Source of the DNA: an uncultured archaeon
Lineage (GTDB): Archaea; Asgardarchaeota; Heimdallarchaeia; Heimdallarchaeales; Heimdallarchaeaceae
DNA length: 64,000 bases
Assembly: GCA_964590855.1 (NCBI GenBank)
Contig: CAZPXJ010000002.1
Span: forward strand, 21,814 to 85,813
Direction: 5' to 3'
Shown here: piece after piece, positions 25,861-35,162 of the stretch
How positions within the stretch are numbered: position 1 is the stretch's first letter
How the letters are laid out: each line of letters begins with the position of its first letter
Position numbers and translations under genes: made by a program
The notes under the pieces: model-generated
Database searches by the model: none
What the model was told of the DNA's origin: nothing
What the model saw: the letters and a program-made list of their open reading frames with translations, nothing else

Positions 25861-26634
25861 ATGGAAAATTCAGATATATTGGAATCTAAACAATTATTTG
25901 AGTTATTACTAAAGGATAGTAACACAGCCTTTTCAGGGTGGGATTTTTCATACATAGAAAATAGGATGGTGACAGCTCCATTAACTTGGAGTTATAGTAC
26001 AGAGATATTACCTCATGTTCGAACTGTTAATTCCATGCTAGATATGGGAACCGGTGGAGGTGAGTTTCTCTCAAGATGTGCACCTTTTCCCCCACATACT
26101 TGTGCCACAGAATCATATGAGCCTAATTTTTTAATTGCTAAAGAACGATTGAACCCTTTGGGTATCAATGTTGTGAAAATTGATGGGGATGAGAACCTTC
26201 CATTTAAAGATGAAGAATTTGAATTAGTAATAAACCGACATGAATCTTACTCAATCAAAGAAGTGTATAGGATTCTTACTCCCGGTGGATTCTTCATATC
26301 CCAACAAGTTGGAGGTAAGAATGATCAGCTTCTACGAGAGATGCTAGGGAGTCAGAAGAAGAGTGATCATGAACATTGGACTTTAGATTATGAACTTGAA
26401 GAGTTAGAAAATAATGGCTTTGAAGTATTGAAAAAGAAAGAAGCATTTCCTATAACTCGGTTCTTCGATGTTGGAGCAATAGTCTTCTATTTCCTAGCCA
26501 TTCCTTGGGAATTACCAGGGTTTACCATTGAAAAATACTATGATAAATTGTGGGAAGTTCATAATGTAATTGAAGATAATGGATATATTGATGTTATCAG
26601 TCATCGTTTCTTCTTTAAATCTCAAAAGATTTGA
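25861..26634 (+). CDS. Class I SAM-dependent methyltransferase
   Basis: It has MLDMGTGGGEFLS and FELVINRHESY..ILTPGGFFISQQVG. Confidence 0.7.
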   Translation: MENSDILESKQLFELLLKDSNTAFSGWDFSYIENRMVTAPLTWSYSTEILPHVRTVNSMLDMGTGGGEFLSRCAPFPPHTCATESYEPNFLIAKERLNPLGINVVKIDGDENLPFKDEEFELVINRHESYSIKEVYRILTPGGFFISQQVGGKNDQLLREMLGSQKKSDHEHWTLDYELEELENNGFEVLKKKEAFPITRFFDVGAIVFYFLAIPWELPGFTIEKYYDKLWEVHNVIEDNGYIDVISHRFFFKSQKI

Positions 26635-26681
26635 TTTTTTTCTTTAGATTTGTCTCATACTTACAATGCTGAATGAGAATG

Positions 26682-26711
26682 TTTATATACTTTAACATCC
26701 CATGGGATGTT
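26682..26711 (+). promoter_or_regulatory. TATA box (TTTATATA, 26682-26689) followed by a perfect 18-bp palindrome AACATCCCATGGGATGTT (26694-26711): candidate autoregulatory operator of the RHH gene
   Basis: Read directly. The palindrome lies between the TATA box and the GGTGA RBS / GTG start (26734), where an archaeal TSS would fall. Confidence 0.5.
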
Positions 26712-26733
26712 GAGTAACATCTGGTGAAGGTAT

Positions 26734-27183
26734 GTGAGCAAAAAAACAACTGAAACAACAGAAAAAAATTATGAGAAGATTACAGTGAACTTACCCTTAG
26801 TTGATATTGGTAAGATTGATTATCTAACTGAACATGGTCACTACAATTCTCGTGCAGAATTTATTAGAGTTGCAGTTAAAAATGAAATAAATTCACACAA
26901 ATATGAATTCGATACAATAGCTAGAAGATACCAAGAAGATGAGACGATTAAAATGAATTTCGTAATAGGTTCTTTAACACTAAGTAGAAGTTATCTTGAA
27001 AGACTATTAAAGCGTGGAGAAAAAACAAGAATCTTCGTGATTGGACATCTTAATTTTACAAAGGATGTTGATGTTGAGTTAGTCCAAAAAACCATTACTT
27101 CCTTCAAAGTATATGGAATAAAACGAGGACCTCCTGGAGTAATAGATCTTTTAAAAAATATAGAATATATCAATGAGGATTAG
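26734..27183 (+). CDS. Ribbon-helix-helix (CopG/Arc/MetJ-like) DNA-binding protein with a C-terminal domain of unknown function
   Basis: The RHH pattern is KITVNLPLVDIGKIDYLTEHGHYNSRAEFIRVAVKNEI. It has a GTG start with an upstream GGTGA. Confidence 0.6.
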   Translation: MSKKTTETTEKNYEKITVNLPLVDIGKIDYLTEHGHYNSRAEFIRVAVKNEINSHKYEFDTIARRYQEDETIKMNFVIGSLTLSRSYLERLLKRGEKTRIFVIGHLNFTKDVDVELVQKTITSFKVYGIKRGPPGVIDLLKNIEYINED

Positions 27184-27562
27184 AATCCTCTTTATCTTCT
27201 TTTTTGTTTAACTGATTTGCTGCATTAAGAAATAAATCAATAACAAAACCTACTACAGCACCAATAAATGCACCAAGCACAGCTCCTGCTACAGTCTGAA
27301 GAAGAGGTAATTTTGATGAAACATCTAAATCTCGTATGACTGATAATCCTGGAAATAGTAATTCAGCAGGAATCGCAACAACTATAATGGCTCCAATGAT
27401 TGCTAATAATAAGCTAAAGAAGATAGTAAATCTCTGATTTTCATTTTCTTCTTCAATATGGTCTTTGAATTCGATAAAGGGAAGTTCAGGTTTACTAATA
27501 AGTGCAAGATCCTCAAATTCATTTTCTTCTTCCCACATATCATTCTGATTCATTTGCTTCAA
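27170..27562 (-). CDS. Small membrane protein with an acidic N-terminus and two glycine-zipper-like TM helices
   Basis: It has FTIFFSLLLAIIGAIIVVAI and LLQTVAGAVLGAFIGAVVGFVIDLF. Confidence 0.45.
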   Translation of the reverse strand: MKQMNQNDMWEEENEFEDLALISKPELPFIEFKDHIEEENENQRFTIFFSLLLAIIGAIIVVAIPAELLFPGLSVIRDLDVSSKLPLLQTVAGAVLGAFIGAVVGFVIDLFLNAANQLNKKEDKEDSNPH

Positions 27563-27618
27563 TTCTATATTATTCCTCTAACAAATAAGTTTTTTTGCTA
27601 TACAGCTTTATTTCTCTT

Positions 27619-28167
27619 ATGAGTGAGAAAACAAGTATAACAGCACCTTTTCCAAGACCTGGTTCCGCTGAGTATGGTTTACTTCTTGAAACAGATGTTG
27701 AGAAGAGAAAGAAGGTTCTAAAACGTTGGAAGCAAATGAATAAATACTTCACAATTCCTTTGTACAGAGCTGGAATTTTGCAATTACTTGGAGGACATAA
27801 AATATTCTTACTTCTGTTTACTAAAGGAAGAAAAACAGGAAAAGTAAGAATAACACCTATTGAATATCGTAAAAAAGAAGGTATAGTTCACATTGTTGCT
27901 GGAAGAGGAAAAAAGGCTCATTGGTTTCAAAACATGCTTGCAAATCCTGATGATGTGATGGTAAAACTAGGTTTCAAAAAGAGAAAAGTATCCTTTCAGG
28001 TATTAGAAACAATTGAAGAAAAAAATGAGTTATTCAAATGGTATGTTAGTAAATATCCCAAAGCTGCAAAAATGCTGTTTGGTTGGAATCTAAAAACTGA
28101 TGATCCTGAAACAGCTGATTTTACCTCATTTTCAGAACTAGTAGAAATCGTAAAATTCGATATCTAA
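27619..28167 (+). CDS. Nitroreductase/deazaflavin-dependent oxidoreductase family protein (DUF385, split-barrel fold)
   Basis: LYRAGILQLLGGHKIFLLLFTKGRKTGKVRITPIEYRKKEGIVHIVAGRGKKAHWFQNMLANPDV fits the DDN/DUF385 pattern. The track start at 27595 is TTG; the ATG at 27619 is preferred. Confidence 0.65.
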   Translation: MSEKTSITAPFPRPGSAEYGLLLETDVEKRKKVLKRWKQMNKYFTIPLYRAGILQLLGGHKIFLLLFTKGRKTGKVRITPIEYRKKEGIVHIVAGRGKKAHWFQNMLANPDDVMVKLGFKKRKVSFQVLETIEEKNELFKWYVSKYPKAAKMLFGWNLKTDDPETADFTSFSELVEIVKFDI

Positions 28168-28229
28168 ATTAAGTTTTTTTGCAATGTGATGTAAATCTTT
28201 ATATCTTTTGAGCGAATGTATATCTTACC

Positions 28230-30143
28230 TTGAATCCAAATTCCAGAACGTTTTACGGTTATAGAGGACAAGTGCTCATAGTTGATTTAGAGAAATCAAA
28301 AGTTCAAAAGAAACAGTTGGATCAGAGCTACATTGAGGACTTTCTTGGTGGAAGAGGGTGGGCAATTAAGTATCTTTATGATAATCTAGAAAAGGGAGTT
28401 GACCCACTTGGACCTAACAACATTTTGGTTGTTAGTTTGGGACCACTAACTGGTACTTTAGCTCCTTCTTCTGCTCGATACACAATCGCATCTAAATCTC
28501 CTTTAACTGGAGGTATTGGTTATGCAAATTCTGGAGGGCATTTTGCACCTGAACTTGCTTATGCTGGTTACGATGCGATATTTATTCATGGGCGAGCAAA
28601 GTCTCCAGTATATCTCTATATTCGAGATGATAAGGTTGAGATAAAAGATGCAAGTCATCTGTGGGGAAAGGATACTTGGGAAACTGATGAATTATTGCGG
28701 AAAGAGTATTCAGATAATTTCCAAATTTTGAGTATTGGTCAAGGTGGCGAAAATCTTGTTAGATATGCTGCTATTTTGAACAATCTTTCCAGAGCTGCTG
28801 CAAGGACCGGTGTAGGAGCTGTAATGGGTTCAAAGAATCTAAAGGCTATAGCTGTTAAAGGATCTGGTGCAGTTAAAATAGCTGAACCAAAGGCTTTTGA
28901 TGAGTTTATAGATGAAACCTTGCAAAAAATTTATGATGACCCCGCATATCCAAGTCTTTCTTACTATGGGACAGCTTTTTTGGTAGATTTAGCATACATT
29001 AGTGGAGGTTTGGCAACTAGAAATAATCAAACAGGAATCTTTGAGGATTATGAATCAATTTCAGCTGAAACATTTGATGAAGAATTCAGAATTAAATCTG
29101 AAAGTTGTTTTGCATGTCCAATTCACTGTGGGAAATATTCTAAAGTTGAAACCGGGAAATATGCTGGAACAAAAGGTGGTAGTCCAGAATATGAAACAAT
29201 AGTGTGCTTTGGTTCAAAATGTGGAATTGGCGATTTGTCTGTCATTATTAAAGCTAATGAACTAGCTAACAGATATGGATTAGATACAATCTCTTTGGGC
29301 GACAGTATAGCTTTTGTTATGGAAGCATTCCAAAAAGGGATGCTGACAAAAGAAGATACAGATGGATTAGAAGTTGTATGGGGAAATGAAGATGCTCTGA
29401 TATCTTTGATAGAAAAAGTAGCATTTAGAGAGGGTTTTGGAAACGATTTGGCAGAAGGCACTAAGAAACTATCTGAAAAAATAGGTAAAGGTTCAGAGAA
29501 ATTTGCACATCATATCAAGGGAATGGAACCTCCTGCATATGATGTTAGGACAGCTAAAGCTTTCGGTTTAGGGTGGGCAACAGCAACCAGGGGTGCAGAT
29601 CATCTAGCTGCTCTACCTAATTTTGAATTATTAGGTTACGATCCAGAAAAGGGACTTGAATGGTTTGGGTCAAGAGAATCAGTTGATCCTTTCTCGTGGA
29701 AAGGAAAACCAAGAATGGTTTATTGGCATGAGAATTTTGGTGCAATTGTGGATTCAGCAGAGATGTGTAAATATACTTGTTTTTCTGCTTATGCTGTGAA
29801 ACCTGAAGATATGTCAAAATTTCTAACATATGCAACGGGGATTGATTTTTCTCCGGAAAAACTAATGTTAATTGGAGAAAGAATTTACAATCTCGAAAGA
29901 TTGTTCAATTTGCGTGAAGGAATAGGGAAAGAAGAAGATAGGTTGCCATCTAGATTTACAGATGAACCTCTACCTGAAGGACCAGCAAAAGGAAATTTTG
30001 TTGAACTGGATAAAATGTTACCAGATTACTATAGACTAAGACAATGGGATTTTGAAACCGGATTACCTAGTGTTGCACTTCTCAAGAAATTGAATTTACT
30101 TTCAGAGGCGAAGAAATATGATCTTGTTACAAAGGAGGAATGA
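28230..30143 (+). CDS. aor: Aldehyde:ferredoxin oxidoreductase (tungstopterin AOR family)
   Basis: It has the N-terminal YGYRGQVLIVDL..FLGGRGWAIKYLY, the cluster Cys motif SCFACPIHCGK, and the EYETIVCFGS and GMEPPAYDVR blocks, at 637 aa. The only in-frame start is TTG. Confidence 0.9.
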   Translation: MNPNSRTFYGYRGQVLIVDLEKSKVQKKQLDQSYIEDFLGGRGWAIKYLYDNLEKGVDPLGPNNILVVSLGPLTGTLAPSSARYTIASKSPLTGGIGYANSGGHFAPELAYAGYDAIFIHGRAKSPVYLYIRDDKVEIKDASHLWGKDTWETDELLRKEYSDNFQILSIGQGGENLVRYAAILNNLSRAAARTGVGAVMGSKNLKAIAVKGSGAVKIAEPKAFDEFIDETLQKIYDDPAYPSLSYYGTAFLVDLAYISGGLATRNNQTGIFEDYESISAETFDEEFRIKSESCFACPIHCGKYSKVETGKYAGTKGGSPEYETIVCFGSKCGIGDLSVIIKANELANRYGLDTISLGDSIAFVMEAFQKGMLTKEDTDGLEVVWGNEDALISLIEKVAFREGFGNDLAEGTKKLSEKIGKGSEKFAHHIKGMEPPAYDVRTAKAFGLGWATATRGADHLAALPNFELLGYDPEKGLEWFGSRESVDPFSWKGKPRMVYWHENFGAIVDSAEMCKYTCFSAYAVKPEDMSKFLTYATGIDFSPEKLMLIGERIYNLERLFNLREGIGKEEDRLPSRFTDEPLPEGPAKGNFVELDKMLPDYYRLRQWDFETGLPSVALLKKLNLLSEAKKYDLVTKEE

Positions 30144-30622
30144 CTATGGATAAACAACAGGTGAAGCGCATATTTGTTTTGAAAGAAAGATGCAATGGAT
30201 GCAGAATATGTGAACTCAGATGTTCTTTCTATCATGATCAGGTCTATTCTCCTACTCTATCTAGAATTCATGTAGAAAAGAATGAAATTGAAGGATTCAC
30301 AAAACCTAAAACATGTGTAATCTGTGGAAAATGTATAGAAGCATGCCCAGAAAATGCTATTTCGAAATCTGAAGTTACTGGTGCGATATCTATTAATGAA
30401 GAAATATGTAGTGGGCAGAAGCAATGTGTAGAGGTTTGTCCATTTGCAGTGATGCGGTTTAATCAATCTACAGGAGTAGCTTTCACTTGTGATTTATGTG
30501 ATGGGGACCCACAATGTGTTAAATACTGTCCAGAAGAAGCATTGTTCTATATGACTGCTAAAGAATTTTCGGACTTCAAAAAATCAGCAGAAGAAAAAGA
30601 GAAACCTGAAGTTATACCTTAA
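30140..30622 (+). CDS. 4Fe-4S polyferredoxin-like protein (AOR-associated)
   Basis: It has four Cys clusters: CNGCRICELRCS, CVICGKCIEACP, CSGQKQCVEVCP and CDLCDGDPQCVKYCP. Its ATG overlaps the AOR stop. Confidence 0.85.
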   Translation: MTMDKQQVKRIFVLKERCNGCRICELRCSFYHDQVYSPTLSRIHVEKNEIEGFTKPKTCVICGKCIEACPENAISKSEVTGAISINEEICSGQKQCVEVCPFAVMRFNQSTGVAFTCDLCDGDPQCVKYCPEEALFYMTAKEFSDFKKSAEEKEKPEVIP

Positions 30623-30648
30623 GAAAAACGATAAAAAATCTTTTTCAA

Positions 30649-32451
30649 TTATTTACCATTTTTCAGGTCTTCTTCAAAATCTTGCAAGATATCTACGTCC
30701 TCTTGAAATAGCTCTTTATTTGTTTTAATATCTTGTGCTAGTCGAACTCTGATGTATACATAAAAATTCGTGAATACCCTTTTTATTGCAGCACTAATAG
30801 TCTTGATTTTAATAGCAAAAACTACAATCGCTCCTGTGATAAGAAGCCATAAGGGTAGGAGGTAAACACCATACAATAATGGCCAATTATTGAATTTTCT
30901 GGGGTTGGTGAGATTATGATATTCCTCTAAATTTGTATACCCATCCCCATCTGGATCTTCGTTTGTGCTGATTTCTAGGGGATCCAATCTGTATTCTATT
31001 TCCCAATTATCTGGTAGTAAATCATTATCAGTATCATTGTTGTATATATCAGTATGATAATAGTTTTTTTCAATCAAATCATCTAGAAAATCTCCATCAC
31101 TATCAGGTCGACCATGCCTTAAATAACTACCACCAGAAGCCCACCAAGAGCTAGTGGAATTAGTGGATCCGATTAATTCAAAGCAGTACAAGTCTTTTTG
31201 AGCTGGTCTAGCTACAATTACTTCTAATTTAGAATCTAAATCAATATCAGCAACTAAAGGGGGTTCATCAATCATACTTTGGAGATCTCTATTGAGAATA
31301 AGATGACCATAAGAATTCAGAACAGAAAAATATTCATTACCTTCACTGAAAAGAGTTTCAAGTTTTCCATCATTGTTGATATCTAATAATGTTGGACTAC
31401 CAATTCTCAAAGTTGAATTGAAATTCCAGATATTGTTCCCAGTTGAATTAATGCAATAAACTTGTCCTTCCCCTGTTGCCCAATCATAACTGCCGGATAC
31501 TATTTCCAACATGCCATCATCATTTATATCGGCGATACATGGATTGTAATCCATCAGATTAGTTCTGTTATCAGCGTGCTTTTGTTGATATGTCCATTCA
31601 ACATTCCCTTCATGATCAAAACAGTAAAGTTTGAGAATATTTCCAACACATATCTCTAGAGTGTTATCATTATCCAAATCTGCTATACTAAACAGTGCTT
31701 CTCCTCTTATAATAGGGTCAGCAATCCATTTTTGCTGTCCTTGAAGAGATATACAATGAAGTTTGTTATCATTTCCAACCATTAGTATCTCGATCTCACC
31801 ATCATAATCTAAGTCTACTACTGTTGTTGCTCCTCTGTATATATCTGACCAAAATCCCGAATAAACCATTTCTATATTGAATTGCTTAATTAACTCTCCT
31901 TTATGATTTAATAAGAAAGGTTGACTCGTAGTTTTTGCTGTTGAAACAAAAATATCTAAATGATTATCACCGTTAATATCAAAAATACATGGAGTAAAAT
32001 CTTCTAAATCATAATTCGTAGTATACTCCCAGAGTTTCAATCCTTGTGAGTTCACACAGATTATTGCAGATTCAGCAGTTAGAACAATATCTGGTGCTCC
32101 ATCTTCATTCAAATCAGCTATGACAATATTGCCTGTTAGTAAGCTATCTAGATGTATCTGCCATCTTATAGTCCCGTCTGAGTTTATGCAATATAGATTA
32201 TGAGATGTTGACACTAAGACTTCTTTGTATCCATTTCTATCTAAATCGGTTATGAGTGGTGATCCGACCATTTTCTCACCTATAACTCTCACCCAAGATG
32301 TTTCTAAATACTCATCTCCTACGAAGTCATCATCCAAACCTTTTCCAGAAACCGGTTGATAGAGCACTACTGGTGATAGTATAATAACTAAAGAAAAAAT
32401 AGTAACCAGTTTTAATCTTAGATGGTTTGAATCTCTCACTCTAACAACCAC
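30649..32451 (-). CDS. Integrin-alpha-like FG-GAP/VCBS beta-propeller surface protein with TSP3-like Ca-binding repeats and a C-terminal TM anchor
   Basis: It has eight D-x-D/N-x-D/N-G loops (DLDRNGYKEV, DLNEDGAPDI, DINGDNHLDI, DLDYDGEIEI, DLDNDNTLEI, DINDDGMLEI, DINNDGKLET, DIDLDSKLEV). These are followed by DTDNDLLPDNWE..LDP..DPDGDGYTNLEEY, a TM (LLPLWLLITGAIVVFAI) and a cytoplasmic tail. Confidence 0.75.
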   Translation of the reverse strand: MVVRVRDSNHLRLKLVTIFSLVIILSPVVLYQPVSGKGLDDDFVGDEYLETSWVRVIGEKMVGSPLITDLDRNGYKEVLVSTSHNLYCINSDGTIRWQIHLDSLLTGNIVIADLNEDGAPDIVLTAESAIICVNSQGLKLWEYTTNYDLEDFTPCIFDINGDNHLDIFVSTAKTTSQPFLLNHKGELIKQFNIEMVYSGFWSDIYRGATTVVDLDYDGEIEILMVGNDNKLHCISLQGQQKWIADPIIRGEALFSIADLDNDNTLEICVGNILKLYCFDHEGNVEWTYQQKHADNRTNLMDYNPCIADINDDGMLEIVSGSYDWATGEGQVYCINSTGNNIWNFNSTLRIGSPTLLDINNDGKLETLFSEGNEYFSVLNSYGHLILNRDLQSMIDEPPLVADIDLDSKLEVIVARPAQKDLYCFELIGSTNSTSSWWASGGSYLRHGRPDSDGDFLDDLIEKNYYHTDIYNNDTDNDLLPDNWEIEYRLDPLEISTNEDPDGDGYTNLEEYHNLTNPRKFNNWPLLYGVYLLPLWLLITGAIVVFAIKIKTISAAIKRVFTNFYVYIRVRLAQDIKTNKELFQEDVDILQDFEEDLKNGK

Positions 32452-32513
32452 AAATACGTTATGTGTACAGACAGTTAAAAATATGGTTAAATGAACATTG
32501 ATTTCTGCTCTAC

Positions 32514-32801
32514 TTACCCTCCAGCAATAGCTGGCATAAAAACAACCATGTCATCTTCACACAATTTGGTGTCAAAACCATCCAGTAGATTAATGTTACG
32601 AGCATTTACGATTATTCTGTAAATCTTGCGGATTTCACCTTTATCGTTAAACAGCTCTCTCTCAAGTTCTTGCCCAAATTCTTGAATGAGTTTCGAAATC
32701 AGATCTTTGACAAATGTTGCTTCATAAGAAAATTGTTTTTTTCCTATTATTTTCTTAATATTTGCAAAAGTTATAACATTCACACTGACCATTTGGATCA
32801 C
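32514..32801 (-). CDS. MoaD/ThiS-family ubiquitin-like beta-grasp protein ending in Gly-Gly (MoaD or SAMP-type modifier)
   Basis: It is 95 aa, with VNVITFANIKKIIG at the N-terminus and DDMVVFMPAIAGG at the C-terminus. Confidence 0.75.
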   Translation of the reverse strand: MIQMVSVNVITFANIKKIIGKKQFSYEATFVKDLISKLIQEFGQELERELFNDKGEIRKIYRIIVNARNINLLDGFDTKLCEDDMVVFMPAIAGG

Positions 32802-32847
32802 TCATTCTTATTTTTGTATAATTAACTTCTAATCCAAGAATAAAAAA

Positions 32848-34788
32848 TTATCTTTTGCTTGGAAAAATCATGTTCGCAATATCCTCAATCATGGTTTTTG
32901 AATCTGAAATTAAGGCTTTAGAATATTTCATTGCTTTAATGAGATTCTCCCAAACTGAAGTTGAAGTTCCAATAATTTTAGCAAATGCTTCTAATTTTTG
33001 GGATGCAGCGTAAGTTTGTCCTTTTATTACATATCCAAAAAATAGCGGTTTTTTTGGTTTAAGCAAGACTGTGTATTCCTGATGCTTTATCCTTTCAACA
33101 GATCCTTTTGTAGAAAATGTTTCATTACAGAAATTGATTATAGCTGCAAGAAAACCACCAACTAAAACACCATCCAACTCACTACCTTCTAGAAAGTTTT
33201 TGGTATATAATGGCGTTCCAGAATCGGCTAGAATCAAGAGCATAACAGGTTCTTCATTGATTAATTGGGGAAACTCCACATCTCCTTTGTTACTCAAACT
33301 AACCATTAATTCTCCAAATCTTGTTAATTCTAGTCTATCCTTTAAACTTGCATTTTTGTTAATCAAATCCTCCCAATCACTTAACTGTTCTAGCATAACA
33401 TCGTGTTCATTTGAAATCTTCATTGCTAAATGTTTGAGATTCTTATCTTCAGCTATCTGTTCTGCTTGGGTTAATAATATTCTAGCTTTAACTAAATCCA
33501 AATCAATTAATGCTAATTGACTCTGAAGCAAAAAAGTTTTTGCTAACAAAGTAAATGAATTCTGGTGCTCAGCTATTTCAGAGAGACTTTCGATCATAGT
33601 TTTGATTAAATCTAATAATTCTTGATCTCCTGACATCTTAAGCTCTTCAAGTAGAAGTTCTATGAAATTGAGAAGAGCGGTTATGGTGATTGAATGATCT
33701 AAAACATCGTCTTCTAAAATTCCTTGAAATAGTTCTTGTGCTCTAACCTTATCTTTCATTCGACTACTAGTTTTGAGATAATGAGCTTCTGCAACTCTGC
33801 ATATTTGACTAATGAACTCACTCTTTTCATTTTTTTGGATTTCGAAAATTCTATCTAGATATCTTTTAGCCTTTTCTTTCAATTGCGCATCTAAAGATAC
33901 AGTTACTAAACCATAAAGAGAAAGAACAATGTCTACCTTGTTACCTACTCTTTCTCTCAAATTGAGGCTTTCTTTGTAGTATAAGGCGGATGTTTCCCAA
34001 TCTCCTCTTTGTTGATAAATATCTCCAATATTATACAGAACTAATGCAGTATATTGATTGTTTCCAATTCCTTCCCATAACCTTAGACATTGTTTAAAAC
34101 TTTCCAGAGCTAAATCAATCTCTCCTTTATACAAGTAAATATTTCCAATGTTATTTGTGGCAGTTGCTATGTCATCTTCGTTACCAATCTCCTTGCAGAT
34201 AGCCAAACTCTGTTGATAATATTCTAACGCTCTATCTAATTCACCTTTAGTTCTATAAAGAACTCCGATATTGTTTAGAATAGAACTAATCTCTTTTTGA
34301 TCGTTAAGTTCATTCCAAATCATCTGACTCCTGGAATACAAACTTAGAGCTTTGTCGTAATTTCCTTTAGATTGGTGAATGACACCTTTTAACTTAAGAG
34401 TACTAGCTTGTTGTCTCTTTACTTCTCTTTTTTCTTTCTTTTCTAAAGCTAATAATATCTCATCATTCTGTTTGAGAATTTCAAGTGCTTGATTTAATCT
34501 TCCGAGTCTCCAAAGAGAATATGCTTTTTCGACAATTGAATCCATCAGAACAAGAAGATAATTATTGATCTTGCTTTCTTTAGATGTATTTTCAAGCAAT
34601 TCAAGTGCTTGGGAATAATATCCAAGTTTATTTAAAATTGTACTTTTGCGTACTTGACAAGTAAGGTGTTCCTTAGTTTTTAATTTATCAGATTTCTCGA
34701 GAGTTTCCACTAATCGAAGTGCTTCTTCATACTTTCCTTTAACGATTAGTTGATCAGCTAACGCTAGCTGATTTTGATTTGAAACCAA
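32848..34788 (-). CDS. TPR-repeat protein with a C-terminal roadblock/longin-like alpha/beta domain (C-terminal call tentative)
   Basis: It has at least 8 TPR units (e.g. NNIGVLYRTKGELDRALEYYQQSLAI, NNIGNIYLYKGEIDLALESFKQCLRL). The C-terminal ~120 aa (PVMLLILADSGTPLYTKNF..LVGGFLAAIINFCNETF..YTVLLKP..LFFGYVIKG) shows a beta-beta-alpha-beta-beta pattern. Confidence 0.6.
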   Translation of the reverse strand: MVSNQNQLALADQLIVKGKYEEALRLVETLEKSDKLKTKEHLTCQVRKSTILNKLGYYSQALELLENTSKESKINNYLLVLMDSIVEKAYSLWRLGRLNQALEILKQNDEILLALEKKEKREVKRQQASTLKLKGVIHQSKGNYDKALSLYSRSQMIWNELNDQKEISSILNNIGVLYRTKGELDRALEYYQQSLAICKEIGNEDDIATATNNIGNIYLYKGEIDLALESFKQCLRLWEGIGNNQYTALVLYNIGDIYQQRGDWETSALYYKESLNLRERVGNKVDIVLSLYGLVTVSLDAQLKEKAKRYLDRIFEIQKNEKSEFISQICRVAEAHYLKTSSRMKDKVRAQELFQGILEDDVLDHSITITALLNFIELLLEELKMSGDQELLDLIKTMIESLSEIAEHQNSFTLLAKTFLLQSQLALIDLDLVKARILLTQAEQIAEDKNLKHLAMKISNEHDVMLEQLSDWEDLINKNASLKDRLELTRFGELMVSLSNKGDVEFPQLINEEPVMLLILADSGTPLYTKNFLEGSELDGVLVGGFLAAIINFCNETFSTKGSVERIKHQEYTVLLKPKKPLFFGYVIKGQTYAASQKLEAFAKIIGTSTSVWENLIKAMKYSKALISDSKTMIEDIANMIFPSKR

Positions 34789-34869
34789 TGAAACCCCTAA
34801 TAAAATACTACGTTATAATCAATTAATAAACTTGCGAAGAGGGTAATGACAAATAATGGCAAAAATTTC

Positions 34870-35118
34870 TCATTTTTTACCAAATTTCTCTTTTAAAATC
34901 TGCATAGCTTCATTTATAGGTAATCCCTCCAGCTCTTTCGCAGCCTTGTAATGTTTCTCGCAAAACCATTCAGCATAAGGTGGGTGTCCAACAGATCCTG
35001 TTCGTTCCATCCTTTTAACCCATTTTTTGTCACTTCTACGTTTCTTAAAATAGATAACATCACCTTCTTCTGATGGTGAAAATCTTTTGTCACAGATTAT
35101 ACAAACTGGCGGTTTCAT
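34870..35118 (-). CDS. Small basic protein with a possible C2-CH zinc site
   Basis: It has CIIC near the N-terminus and CEKH ~45 residues later. It is 82 aa, and I did not recognise the family. Confidence 0.35.
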   Translation of the reverse strand: MKPPVCIICDKRFSPSEEGDVIYFKKRRSDKKWVKRMERTGSVGHPPYAEWFCEKHYKAAKELEGLPINEAMQILKEKFGKK

Positions 35119-35162
35119 TAATTTTAACTTTGGATTATTCTATATAAAAATTCAGTGATATA

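Noticed and set aside
28198-28232. Possible misannotated AOR start, since there is only a TTG start and a TATA-like box ~25 nt upstream.
   Set aside because: The conserved AOR N-terminus (YGYRGQVLIVDL) begins 8 codons after the TTG and no in-frame ATG or GTG precedes it, so I retained TTG. The leaderless-versus-leadered question cannot be settled from sequence.
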